A stretch of DNA of 64,000 nucleotides from Nitrosovibrio sp. Nv4 (GCA_945906765.1 CAMDRF010000002.1:2313-66312); one strand, 5' to 3'. Shown: positions 37,132 through 46,186, numbered from the stretch's first letter. Program-made: numbers and translations. The notes: a model not told the origin generated them from the sequence alone.

Positions 37132-38160
37132 TTATTGCGCGAGCAGCTGTCTCCAGCGCGCCGCTACCTTCTTGGGCGTTTCTGCATCGCCGGTGGCGGC
37201 CGCGGTCGCCTTCTCCCATTCCGCGAGGAAATCCGGGGTCATGGAGCGCCACTTCTTGAGTTCGGCCGCCGGGAACGGGGTAAAGGTCGCGCCCTGCGCC
37301 TTCAGGTTGGCCACTGCCTTTTGCTCGAAATCCCCGACCCACGCCAGGTATTCCGCCATCGTCTCGCGCGACTGGTCGAGGAAAATCTTCTGCACGTCCG
37401 CGGGCAACCGCTCCCAGGTGCGCTTGCTGATGGAGATGTTGTGGCCGGTTATCGCCATTATCGGGCCGCAGTTGATCTTGGCGACCTCGCGCAGCTTGTA
37501 CTGCTGGATGTTGCCCGCGTTGATGAACGAGTAGTCGAGGGTGCCGTGCTGCAGGGCCTCGTAGATGCCGGGCGGAGGCACGGTCACCGGTACCGCGCCG
37601 ATGGCAGTGAAGGCCTTCGGGATGTCGGCCCCGAAGCTGCGCATCTTCTTGCCGCGGAGCTTGTCCACGCTGAGGCAGTCCTCCGACTTGCCGGTCATGT
37701 AGTACTCGCCGAGCGGCTGCTGGAACAGCCACTGCGTGCCGATCTTTTCGAACTCCTGCTTGTAGACCGGGAACTCTTCTATGACCTTGACCAGGAGTTC
37801 CATTGCCTGCTTGCTGGACTGGAACACGAAGGGAGTCTGGAACGCCCGCCAGTACCGCAGCTGGTCGGGGTTGTAACCCGGCGCGGTGGAGGTCATGTCG
37901 AGGGCGCCCTTGCCGACCAGCATCAGCAGTTCCGTGTCCTTGCCGAGTCCGCCCGCGAAGGTGATGGTGATCTTCACGCGCCCGTTGGTGCGCTTCTCGA
38001 TCTTGTTCGCGAAATCCTTCTCCAGCTGGACGAACGGACCGTCAGCGAGGTAGTGACCCCAACGCAGTTGCATCGGGGCCTGGGCGAGCGCCGCCCCCGC
38101 CACCGCGAGGCCCAAGGCGCCCGCGAACGCGGATAGCAGCAGCGGAACTCGATGTTTCAT
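37132..38160 (-). CDS. dctP: TRAP transporter substrate-binding protein (DctP family)
   Basis: Signal peptide MKHRVPLLLSAFAGALGLAVAGAALAQA from ATG 38160. Alternative in-frame ATGs reach up to 38202 because the SD-start motif is duplicated. Confidence 0.85.
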   Translation of the reverse strand: MKHRVPLLLSAFAGALGLAVAGAALAQAPMQLRWGHYLADGPFVQLEKDFANKIEKRTNGRVKITITFAGGLGKDTELLMLVGKGALDMTSTAPGYNPDQLRYWRAFQTPFVFQSSKQAMELLVKVIEEFPVYKQEFEKIGTQWLFQQPLGEYYMTGKSEDCLSVDKLRGKKMRSFGADIPKAFTAIGAVPVTVPPPGIYEALQHGTLDYSFINAGNIQQYKLREVAKINCGPIMAITGHNISISKRTWERLPADVQKIFLDQSRETMAEYLAWVGDFEQKAVANLKAQGATFTPFPAAELKKWRSMTPDFLAEWEKATAAATGDAETPKKVAARWRQLLAQ

Positions 38161-38399
38161 ATCCATCCCCTTGATATACGTATCCATCCGCTTCATATCC
38201 ATCCCCTCCTGTTGATTTCCGTCGAACCGACGGCCCACTCAGTCTTCCGCCGGCAGCAGGAAATGTCAAGCTGCCGCAAACGAGCGGCGGATGCCGCGCG
38301 GTGTTGGTGTGCGCCGCAGGGTGGCATATGATGATCCGATGGGGCACGGCGCGGCGCGCGGGTTCCGCGCGGCAGGCATATCGGAAAGGGATGATGACG

Positions 38400-39428
38400 A
38401 TGAAGGTGTCCTGGTTCCATAAGCACGGTGGCCCGGAAGTCCTGGTCTGCGAGGAGACGCGCCAGCCCACGCCGGGGGCCGGCGAGGCGGTGGTGCGGGT
38501 GCGGGCGGTGGGCATCAATCATGTGGACCTGGATGTTCGCTCGGGCACCTCGCGCATTCCGCTGACCTTTCCGCATATTCTCGGACGGGAATTCGCCGGC
38601 GAGGTCGCCGCCATTGGGGGCGAGGCAGGCCCCTTGAAGGAGGGGGACCGCGTCTGGGTTTCATGCCGCATTCCCTGCGCCACCTGCGAGTTCTGCCTCA
38701 CCGGCCGGGACAACCTGTGCGAGCGCGGCGGCTACTTCGGCATGGATTTGCCCGGCGGCTACGCCGAGTACGTGAAAGTCCCGCTTTCCTCCTTGCAGTC
38801 CCTGCCATCGCAGGTCAGCTTTCAGGACGCCGCCGCGAGCCAGATCGCTTTCGGTACCGCCTGGCACGTGCTCATCAACCGCGGGGGCCTGCGCGCAGGC
38901 CATACCGTTCTCATCCAGGCAGCGGGCTCCGGAATCGGTAGTGCTGCCGTCCAGGTGGCCAGATTGGCAGGAGCCACCATTTTTGCCACCGCCAGCAGCG
39001 ATCAGAAGCTGCAGCGGGCCAAGGCGCTGGGCGCCCACCACCTCATCAACTACAGCAAGGAGAATTTCGCCGAGCGCGTCCTGGACCTCACGGGCGGCAA
39101 GGGGGTGGACGTGATCATGGAGCACATCGGCGGCGAGGTGTTCACGCGAAGCCTCGAATGCCTGAAGATGGATGGCGTGATCGTCACAGTGGGCGCGCAC
39201 GCCGGCGAGGTCGTCTCCTTCGACATCATTCCGTTTTTTCGCAAGCAGCTTCGGCTGGTCGGATCGAAGAACGCCTCGACGACCGAGCTCAGGACCGTCA
39301 TGGGCATGGTCGCGGAGGGCAGGCTGAAGCCGGTTATCCATGCCGCTTTCCCGCTCGCCGACGCCGCCGAAGCCCACCGGGTCGTAGACTCCAGGGAAAT
39401 CTTCGGCAAAGTCCTCCTGCTTCCCTAG
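38400..39428 (+). CDS. zinc-type alcohol dehydrogenase/quinone oxidoreductase (MDR superfamily)
   Basis: ATG 38400 (MKVSWFHKHGGPEVL..), 342 aa. CATCEFC structural-Zn-like loop and AAGSGIGSAAVQ NAD(P) motif. Confidence 0.85.
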   Translation: MKVSWFHKHGGPEVLVCEETRQPTPGAGEAVVRVRAVGINHVDLDVRSGTSRIPLTFPHILGREFAGEVAAIGGEAGPLKEGDRVWVSCRIPCATCEFCLTGRDNLCERGGYFGMDLPGGYAEYVKVPLSSLQSLPSQVSFQDAAASQIAFGTAWHVLINRGGLRAGHTVLIQAAGSGIGSAAVQVARLAGATIFATASSDQKLQRAKALGAHHLINYSKENFAERVLDLTGGKGVDVIMEHIGGEVFTRSLECLKMDGVIVTVGAHAGEVVSFDIIPFFRKQLRLVGSKNASTTELRTVMGMVAEGRLKPVIHAAFPLADAAEAHRVVDSREIFGKVLLLP

Positions 39429-39429
39429 G

Positions 39430-39741
39430 TCAAATCGGAATATCGACATCGAGCAGCGGCGCATGCTGCTGGGCGCCGTAGACATCGGTATCGCCCACCG
39501 CACCCGAAACGATCCTGCGCTCGAACGTGGCCTTGTATGCGAATGCCGGCGGGTACTCGGTGAGCAGGACGGAGCCTTCGGGCACGCTGTAGAGCCTGGC
39601 GAACAGCGCGGGCGTGATCACGCCGCTGCGGCGTACCTTGTCGAAGGTTTCCCGGTCGCCGAACATGACGTCGAGGGTTATCTCGTAGGGACCCGCATTC
39701 TTGCTCTTGCAGGCCCGGGCGAGATCACGGATCTTGGCCAT
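39430..39741 (-). CDS. DUF4387 protein (partner of AtuA-like DUF1446 proteins)
   Basis: 103 aa. MAKIRDLARACKSKNAGPYEITLDVMF..YGAQQHAPL fits DUF4387. It starts 8 nt after the AtuA-like stop. Confidence 0.7.
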   Translation of the reverse strand: MAKIRDLARACKSKNAGPYEITLDVMFGDRETFDKVRRSGVITPALFARLYSVPEGSVLLTEYPPAFAYKATFERRIVSGAVGDTDVYGAQQHAPLLDVDIPI

Positions 39742-39748
39742 GGACGCC

Positions 39749-41110
39749 TCAGATCGTCTCGTATTCGATGGGAAACATTTCGCAGGGATCGTTCGGCTCG
39801 ACCACGTGCCGCAGCGAAAACTGGTAGATCGGCCCGCGCTCGATGTCGGAGGGCGAGAACGGAAACGCCATGTTCCCCTCCTTGCACATCCGTCCGGCGA
39901 AATCCGTGTGCAAAAGGCTGGCCCGCGCGACCGCCACCACGGCGTTCGCGATCTCCTGGGATGGGGCGATGACCTCGGCGAGGATGCCGATCTCGTGCGA
40001 GGCAGATTTGCGCTTCGGCTCCCAATCGCCCATCACGCCGTTCTTGCCATAGAGGCGGAACACCAGGCGATAGTCCCCGGGGCGTACACCGAACGTGGCC
40101 ACCTTGATGGCGAGGGAGGCGCGCACGCTGTCGAGGAAGCTGTCAATCGTCTCGACCAGACCCGGATCGCGCGTGCCGGCAAACGTAATCGCACTGTAGC
40201 CCACCTGCTCGGCGCCTTCGAGCTTGATCGTATACGTCTGCGGCGTCCAGCGCATGCCGGTGATGCGCGTGGCGCGGTCGCTCAGCGCCCGAATGTCGCA
40301 ATCGGTGGTATCGAGCTGACCGCCGGGTTCCCGGTGAAGCACCGGGCTGGCGTTCTCGTGCAGCGCCTGGACCGCCACTGACAGCGGCGTGCAGCGCAGC
40401 GCCGGGTTCACGGGCTCACATTCGACCGAGTCGCTGCGCACCGTTGCGAACAGACAATCGTGGCTTTTGGGCAGAGCCGCATTGCACGCGCACTCCAGCA
40501 TCTTGCCCGCATACCAGGAGGGACCCGGGCCGATGCCAAGATGCATCGCCAGCGCGGCCCAGGGCGCCGGATCGGTGCTGCGACCGGCGAGAATCACCTG
40601 CGCGCCGGCATTCAGCGCCCGCATATAGGGCTCAGGCCCCATCATGCCGACGATGCGGGCGGCGCGATCGATGGTTGCCTCATCCAGCGCCGCCGCGGGC
40701 CCGAGCGGCCTGATCTTTCCCGCCGCGAGACGCGATTTGATATAGCGCTTGTCCTGTTCCGAATGGATCACCGCGAGCTTGAAGCTCAGCCGGTCCTCGC
40801 GGGCAATTTCGCGCAGGATCTCGACGCAGCGCTGCAGATGAGGCTCGCCTCCGGCTCCGCCGCAGGTCCCGATCATCATTGGAATCCCGTTGGCGATCGC
40901 GCCGTTGAGTAACAGGCGCATGTCGCGCCGGATCGCGAGCGATGACGTGAACGACTTGCCCGAACCCAGATAGTGCGGCCCGGGATCCGAGCTGCCGCCG
41001 TCCACGCCGATCATGTGAGGCTTGCGTTCGAGGCCCGCCTTTAGAGAAGCCTCGGGATAGCCGTAGCCCAGGATTCCGCTCGCCGACAGCATGCGAACTT
41101 CCTTGCTCAC
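39749..41110 (-). CDS. AtuA-like acyclic terpene utilisation family protein (DUF1446)
   Basis: GTG 41110 (SD GAGGGGA 6 nt upstream; ATG 41092 is the alternative), about 453 aa. The N-terminus ..RMLSASGILGYGYPE.. and the overall length fit DUF1446. Confidence 0.7.
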   Translation of the reverse strand: MSKEVRMLSASGILGYGYPEASLKAGLERKPHMIGVDGGSSDPGPHYLGSGKSFTSSLAIRRDMRLLLNGAIANGIPMMIGTCGGAGGEPHLQRCVEILREIAREDRLSFKLAVIHSEQDKRYIKSRLAAGKIRPLGPAAALDEATIDRAARIVGMMGPEPYMRALNAGAQVILAGRSTDPAPWAALAMHLGIGPGPSWYAGKMLECACNAALPKSHDCLFATVRSDSVECEPVNPALRCTPLSVAVQALHENASPVLHREPGGQLDTTDCDIRALSDRATRITGMRWTPQTYTIKLEGAEQVGYSAITFAGTRDPGLVETIDSFLDSVRASLAIKVATFGVRPGDYRLVFRLYGKNGVMGDWEPKRKSASHEIGILAEVIAPSQEIANAVVAVARASLLHTDFAGRMCKEGNMAFPFSPSDIERGPIYQFSLRHVVEPNDPCEMFPIEYETI

Positions 41111-41129
41111 CGATTTCCCCTCGTTCCGG

Positions 41130-42059
41130 TCATTTGTCTGCAGGGCTGCCGTTGAGGAAAGGCTTGAGGCACGCATATGCCATCGCGTGAAGCGGCGTCG
41201 GCACGCCCAGCTCGCGTCCCTTCCTGATGATCAGCCCGGAGAGGCTGTCCAGTTCAAGGCGCCGGCCGCGCGTGAGATCGTGGTACATGGACGCATACAT
41301 GCTCGGCGGGAAATTACGGTGGTTCTGGATCTGCCACGCCACGATGTCGTCGGGCAACTCGATGCCCATCGCGCCGGCCACCGCCGCGCCTTCCGCAAAC
41401 ATGGCGCTCGCAAGCGCCGCGATATCGGGGTCGTGATAGACGACTCCCGCGGGCTTGCGCGTTACGCTCGTGAGAGCCGCATTCACCGTCAGGCCCACGA
41501 ACTTGTGCCACTGCGCAATGCGTATGTCCGCGACGACTTCCGCGCCGAAGCCCGCCGCCACGCAGGCGTCGCGGAAGCGGGTGGCGCGCTGCGTCATCCG
41601 CCCGTCCGCCTCGCCGAACTTGATCGACGGTGCTTTCGACATGTAGCGGATGATGCCGGGCGATTCGATCAGTGCCGAAACAAACGCGATGCCGCCCATC
41701 ACCCGGTCGTTGCCGAGGATCGCGCCGATGCGATGCTGGCCGTCCACGCCATTCTGCAGCGTGATGCACGCCCCGCCCTTCGAGAGCAGCGGCGCGATAG
41801 CGCGCGCCGCGTCCTCGGTATCGAACAGCTTCACGCAGAACAGCACGATATCCGCCGGCGCGAGCCCCGTGGGATCGTCAGTGGCCTGCGCGCTCGTGAT
41901 GACGGCGTCACCCGCCGCCCCAACCAGTTTCAATCCTCCCGCCTGTATCGCGCGCAGATGCTCCCCGCGCGTGATGAACGCGACATCGTGCCCCGCCTGG
42001 GCGAGCCGACCGCCGTAATATCCACCGATTGCGCCGGCCCCCATGACGGCGACGCGCAT
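41130..42059 (-). CDS. 2-dehydropantoate 2-reductase family (PanE/ApbA-like) NAD(P)H oxidoreductase
   Basis: 309 aa. MRVAVMGAGAIGGYYGGRLAQAG Rossmann motif and a ketopantoate reductase C-terminal pattern. Confidence 0.8.
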   Translation of the reverse strand: MRVAVMGAGAIGGYYGGRLAQAGHDVAFITRGEHLRAIQAGGLKLVGAAGDAVITSAQATDDPTGLAPADIVLFCVKLFDTEDAARAIAPLLSKGGACITLQNGVDGQHRIGAILGNDRVMGGIAFVSALIESPGIIRYMSKAPSIKFGEADGRMTQRATRFRDACVAAGFGAEVVADIRIAQWHKFVGLTVNAALTSVTRKPAGVVYHDPDIAALASAMFAEGAAVAGAMGIELPDDIVAWQIQNHRNFPPSMYASMYHDLTRGRRLELDSLSGLIIRKGRELGVPTPLHAMAYACLKPFLNGSPADK

Positions 42060-42233
42060 GGCTCAGACGCCTGTGGACAAGGATACGAATATCAATCCTA
42101 CGCCGGCCGCGCCACGTTCCATGAAACGCCCCTCTTTTTAATATTTCAGCCCTGCTAGACTTTCTATTGTTACAGAAGAAAGCGAGCGTCGCTTGATATC
42201 GTCCCGAAACACTGGAATTTTCACGAGGCGTCT

Positions 42234-43517
42234 ATGAACGACCTCCATCACCTCGATGCAGCGGAGGCCGCGCGGCAGATCGCTGCCGGCAGAATCACTT
42301 CCGAACAACTGGTCAGGGCCTGTCTGGATCGCATCGCGGCGCGCGAGCGCGAGGTCAGGGCATGGGCGCATTGTGATCCCGATGCGGCGATCGCGCAGGC
42401 GCGCGCAGTGGACAGAGCGGGCGCGAAAGGCGTGCTTGGCGGCGTACCCGTCGGCTTCAAGGATGTGATTGACACCGCCGACCTGCCGAGCCAGTACAAC
42501 TCGCCGATCTACCGCGGCAACCGGCCGCGCGTCGACGCCGCCTGTGTCGCGCTGTTGCGAAATGCGGGCGGCATCGTCCTCGGCAAGACGGTGACGACGG
42601 AGTTCGCCTGGCGTTTTCCCGGCCCCACGCGCAACCCCCACAACCTCGCGCATACACCCGGCGGTTCGTCGAGCGGGTCTGCGGCTGCAGTGGCTGATTT
42701 CATGGCGCCGCTCGCCTTCGGCACGCAGACCGGCGGCTCTACCATCCGCCCTGCCGCGTACTGCGGCATCGTCGGCTACAAGCCGAGTTTCGGCACGATC
42801 AATCGCGCAGGCCTCAAACCGCTCGCGGAGTCCCTCGACACCCTCGGCGTAATGGCACGCAGCGTCGAGGACTGCGCGCTGCTCGTGCATGCGGTTTCGG
42901 GTCGCGCCCTTCCCGATTTCGCCGCTGCCCTCGCCGGCGCCCCGCGCATCGGACTGTGCCGCACCTCACGTTGGAAGGACGCATCACCCGACTCGCAGGC
43001 GTTGCTGGAACGCACTGCTGCCGCTCTGTCCGGCAGAGGGGCGGTGGTGCACGAGGTCGAACTGCCCGCGGAATTCGACCGTCTTTACGAAGACCAGGTG
43101 CGCATCATGGATTTCGAAGCTGCGCGCAGCCTCGCCTGGGAACGATTCAATCACCCGGACGACCTGAGCGATCTGCTGCGCAACGCCCTCACCGCCGCTG
43201 CCGCGACGCCGCGCTCGAAGTACGATGAAGCGATGCGCCATGCGCGGCTCTGCCGGCAGGTCTTTGCCGGATGCTTCGTCGATTGCGACGTGCTGCTCAC
43301 GCCCAGCGCGACCGGTGAGGCGCCGGCCGGGATAGAAAGCTGCGGCAGTTCGCTCTTCAACCGCAGTTGGACGCTGCTCGGCGTGCCGTGCGTGACGCTC
43401 CCTGCGGGTCGCGGCGCATCCGGATTGCCGCTCGGCGTACAGTTGGTGGGCAATTACGACGATGACGAACGGGCGCTGCTCGCTGCCGAGTGGGCGCGGC
43501 GTGCGTGCTCCCGCTAG
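42234..43517 (+). CDS. amidase-signature family amidase
   Basis: 427 aa. Catalytic Lys context GVPVGFKDVID and signature GGSSSGSAAAV. Confidence 0.88.
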   Translation: MNDLHHLDAAEAARQIAAGRITSEQLVRACLDRIAAREREVRAWAHCDPDAAIAQARAVDRAGAKGVLGGVPVGFKDVIDTADLPSQYNSPIYRGNRPRVDAACVALLRNAGGIVLGKTVTTEFAWRFPGPTRNPHNLAHTPGGSSSGSAAAVADFMAPLAFGTQTGGSTIRPAAYCGIVGYKPSFGTINRAGLKPLAESLDTLGVMARSVEDCALLVHAVSGRALPDFAAALAGAPRIGLCRTSRWKDASPDSQALLERTAAALSGRGAVVHEVELPAEFDRLYEDQVRIMDFEAARSLAWERFNHPDDLSDLLRNALTAAAATPRSKYDEAMRHARLCRQVFAGCFVDCDVLLTPSATGEAPAGIESCGSSLFNRSWTLLGVPCVTLPAGRGASGLPLGVQLVGNYDDDERALLAAEWARRACSR

Positions 43518-43539
43518 ATGCGCGTGAGCGCTGCGATGG

Positions 43540-43860
43540 CGCGAACTTGCGGCAACGCGGCATCTGCGTCGGCGAGCGCGCACGCAGTCGCTGCTCAAGC
43601 TGGTCGGGCTGGAGGGATTCGAGAATTACTATCCGTCGCAGCTCTCCGGGGGCATGCGGCAACGCGTGAACCTCGCCCGCGCCCTCGCGATCAATCCCGA
43701 TGTGCTGCTCATGGATGAGCCTTTTTCGGCGCTCGATGCACAAACGCGTGAGATCATGTAGACGGGGATGCTGCGGATCTGGAACGTCGGCCGCAAGACC
43801 GTCAAGTAGATGATCGAGCACGACGTCCGCGAAAGCATCTCCGAGGAAGGCGACCGCCCC
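43540..43860 (+). pseudogene. ABC transporter ATP-binding protein fragment (NitT/TauT-type), 5'-truncated with in-frame stops
   Basis: ..[77 protein letters not shown].. has the Q-loop/signature/Walker B region but no Walker A. It contains two TAG stops. Confidence 0.75.
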
Positions 43861-43963
43861 AAATCAAATCGCAACCTTGGGGGCGCAGTGGAGTAAGGGG
43901 CAGCCTCGAAGCCGCCGGCTCGAGCCGGTGTCAGTTATGCAATCGATCAAGGGGAGCAATCAC

Positions 43964-44722
43964 ATGGATCTTCAACTCGCAGGCAAGGTCGCGCTGGTCA
44001 CGGGCGCCAGCATAGGACTTGGACGCTCGATCGCGGCTCTTCTTGCGGAGGAAGGCTGCCGCCTGGCGATCGTGGCGCGACGCGTCAACCTGCTGGAGAA
44101 AGCAGCGAATGAAATCGCGTCAACGGGCAGGGAGCGGCCGCTGACCATCGTCGAAGATATTACGGCCGACGGTGCCGCCGAACGCATCAAGGCGCAGACG
44201 ATGGCGCGCTTCGGGAGCCTGGACGTCCTGGTAAACAACGCCGGCGGCTCACGGCCCCTGACGGGTCTCGGTACAGAGGCGGAATGGGAAGAAGCGATGC
44301 TGCTGAATTACACCGCCGGGCGGCGCCTGGCCCATGCCTTCGTGCCGGTGATGCGTGAAAGAAAGTTCGGCCGGATCATCAACGTTACCGGGGGCGATGA
44401 GCCTACGATTATCAATGCCGCGAACCCGCCGAACGGCGCCGTTCACATCTGGGCCAAGGCCCTGTCGCGCACCGTCGCCAGGGATGGCATCACGGTGAAC
44501 AGCATCGTGCCCGGCCGCATCCATTCCGAGCAGATAGACCAGCGCATCCTTCCCACGGAACAGGCCCGCGAAGCCTGGGTCGCGGAGCATTGCCCCGTGG
44601 GCTATATCGGCGAGCCGGATGATCTGGGCGTCCTCGTGACATTCCTGTGCTCTCCGCGGGCGCGCTACATCACCGGTCAGGTCATCCATGTCGACGGGGG
44701 CGTTCGTCGCTATGCGCATTGA
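43964..44722 (+). CDS. short-chain dehydrogenase/reductase (SDR)
   Basis: ATG 43964 (SD AAGGGGAG), 252 aa. The TGASIGLG cofactor motif is present. The usual YxxxK is not obvious (..VHIWAKAL..), so this is an atypical SDR. Confidence 0.8.
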   Translation: MDLQLAGKVALVTGASIGLGRSIAALLAEEGCRLAIVARRVNLLEKAANEIASTGRERPLTIVEDITADGAAERIKAQTMARFGSLDVLVNNAGGSRPLTGLGTEAEWEEAMLLNYTAGRRLAHAFVPVMRERKFGRIINVTGGDEPTIINAANPPNGAVHIWAKALSRTVARDGITVNSIVPGRIHSEQIDQRILPTEQAREAWVAEHCPVGYIGEPDDLGVLVTFLCSPRARYITGQVIHVDGGVRRYAH

Positions 44723-44761
44723 GTCGCGCGGTCGCCACTGCGCATCATAGATTCTGGAATT

Positions 44762-45154
44762 ATGAAGAAAGAAATCATAGATGTCCCCGGGATAAGCAGG
44801 CATCTGAAGAAGGAAGGGATTCCCCTTTCGGCGGTGGTTCGCGCCGGGGGATTCGTCTTCGTCTCGGGCCAGCCGCCGGTCGACCGCAGGACCGGCAAGA
44901 TCCCGCTGGTCAACGTCAAGAAGCAGACGCAGATGGTGCTCGACAACATCAAGGTGTGCCTGGAGGCGGCGGGGTCGTCCATGGACAAGGTGGTCAAGTG
45001 CACGGTCTACATTACCAACGCCGCGTACTTCGATGAAGTGAACGACGTGTATCGCAGGTACTTCAGGCGCAATCCGCCGGCGCGCGTGTTCTGCAACGTA
45101 GGGTCGTGGCCGAAGAAGTTCGACATCGAGATCGACTGCATCGCCATCGTGTGA
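44762..45154 (+). CDS. RidA/YjgF/Rid-family protein (1 of 3 in tandem)
   Basis: 130 aa. ..FVFVSGQ.., ..NPPARVFCNV..IEIDCIAIV, with the conserved Arg retained. Confidence 0.85.
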   Translation: MKKEIIDVPGISRHLKKEGIPLSAVVRAGGFVFVSGQPPVDRRTGKIPLVNVKKQTQMVLDNIKVCLEAAGSSMDKVVKCTVYITNAAYFDEVNDVYRRYFRRNPPARVFCNVGSWPKKFDIEIDCIAIV

Positions 45155-45552
45155 TTGCGGACAGTCGGATCATCGTTCCGCCTCCAAGCCGCGGGCTCGA
45201 CATGGCCGCAGGCTACGGCTGGGCGCAAAGCACCGCAATTCGCGCCGGGAACTACCTGTTCGTATCCGGCGTGGTCGCGATAGATTCCGAGAGCGGCGAG
45301 CGGCTGAACGGTACCGTGGCGAGCGAGGCCCATGTCGTTTTCCGGAACCTGAAGCTGGTGCTGGAAAGCGCCGGGACGTCGCTTGAGCGCTTGGTGCAGG
45401 TCCGCGCCATGATCTACGACCGAATCGAATACGACGCATTGAACCGCGTCTACCGGCAATACCTGCCTGAAGGTCCGCCCGCGCGGACCGTGTGGAGCGT
45501 CCAGATCATCGACGCATTCAAGGTGCAGCTCGACGCGATTGCCGTCATCTAA
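45151..45552 (+). CDS. RidA/YjgF/Rid-family protein (2 of 3)
   Basis: GTG 45151 overlaps the previous stop, 133 aa. ..YLFVSGV.., ..GPPARTVWSV..LDAIAVI. Confidence 0.8.
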   Translation: MIADSRIIVPPPSRGLDMAAGYGWAQSTAIRAGNYLFVSGVVAIDSESGERLNGTVASEAHVVFRNLKLVLESAGTSLERLVQVRAMIYDRIEYDALNRVYRQYLPEGPPARTVWSVQIIDAFKVQLDAIAVI

Positions 45553-45568
45553 CGCCGGAACATCCGCT

Positions 45569-45970
45569 ATGCCCATCGCGCGCGAAATCATCACCCCGAA
45601 AAACGACAAGCTCAATGTATCGCGCAATCTCAACCTTCCGCACAGTCCGGGTATCCGCGCAGGGAACTTGATCTTCCTGTCGGGCATGCTGTCGGTTGAT
45701 CCGCTCACCGGCGAGCGCAGCCAGGGCACGGTTGCGCACGAGACCCGCCAGACGCTGGCGAACATGCGCCACCTGCTGGAGTCGGCCGGTTCCTCGCTCG
45801 AGCGCGTGGTCAAGATCAACGTTCTCCTCTACGACATGCTCGAGTTCGATAACATGAACGCGGTCTACCGGGAGTTTTTTCCCAACGATCCGCCGGCCCG
45901 CACCACCTGCGGCGTGCAGCTGAGCGCGGGCATGAAAATCGAGATCGAGTGCATCGTGCTCGCCGGCTGA
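45569..45970 (+). CDS. RidA/YjgF/Rid-family protein (3 of 3)
   Basis: ATG 45569 (MPIAREIITPK..), 133 aa. ..LIFLSGM.., ..DPPARTTCGV..IEIECIVLA. Confidence 0.85.
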   Translation: MPIAREIITPKNDKLNVSRNLNLPHSPGIRAGNLIFLSGMLSVDPLTGERSQGTVAHETRQTLANMRHLLESAGSSLERVVKINVLLYDMLEFDNMNAVYREFFPNDPPARTTCGVQLSAGMKIEIECIVLAG

Positions 45971-46186
45971 GGCATGTGCGGCGTTAGCCTGAGTCGGCCT
46001 CGGAGTTATCCGGACGAATCACCAGAAGGTCCCGGCCGGCATCCGCGAGATCAGCCCCGACATGTGGCGCCGGTTCGTGGCGACGAATTTCTCTGGCGCC
46101 GAGACCTGGACAAATTGTGGTTCGCCATGTCGCGGACCCCGATGCGGCACCTCGTACATAATGAGCATCTTTGACCCTGGCACACC

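Noticed and set aside
42060-42233. AT-rich divergent intergenic region between the panE-like gene and the amidase, scanned for a sigma-54 (TGGCAC-N5-TTGC) promoter and regulator sites
   Set aside because: Only a weak partial match (ctggaattttcacgagg) was found, with no convincing -24/-12 elements or palindromes.
45974-46174. 66-aa ORF in the 216-bp gap between RidA-3 and prpF, examined on both strands as a possible small regulator or relic
   Set aside because: No recognisable motif in any frame and no SD. I cannot support it as a gene, though it may be a relic that only a database search could identify.
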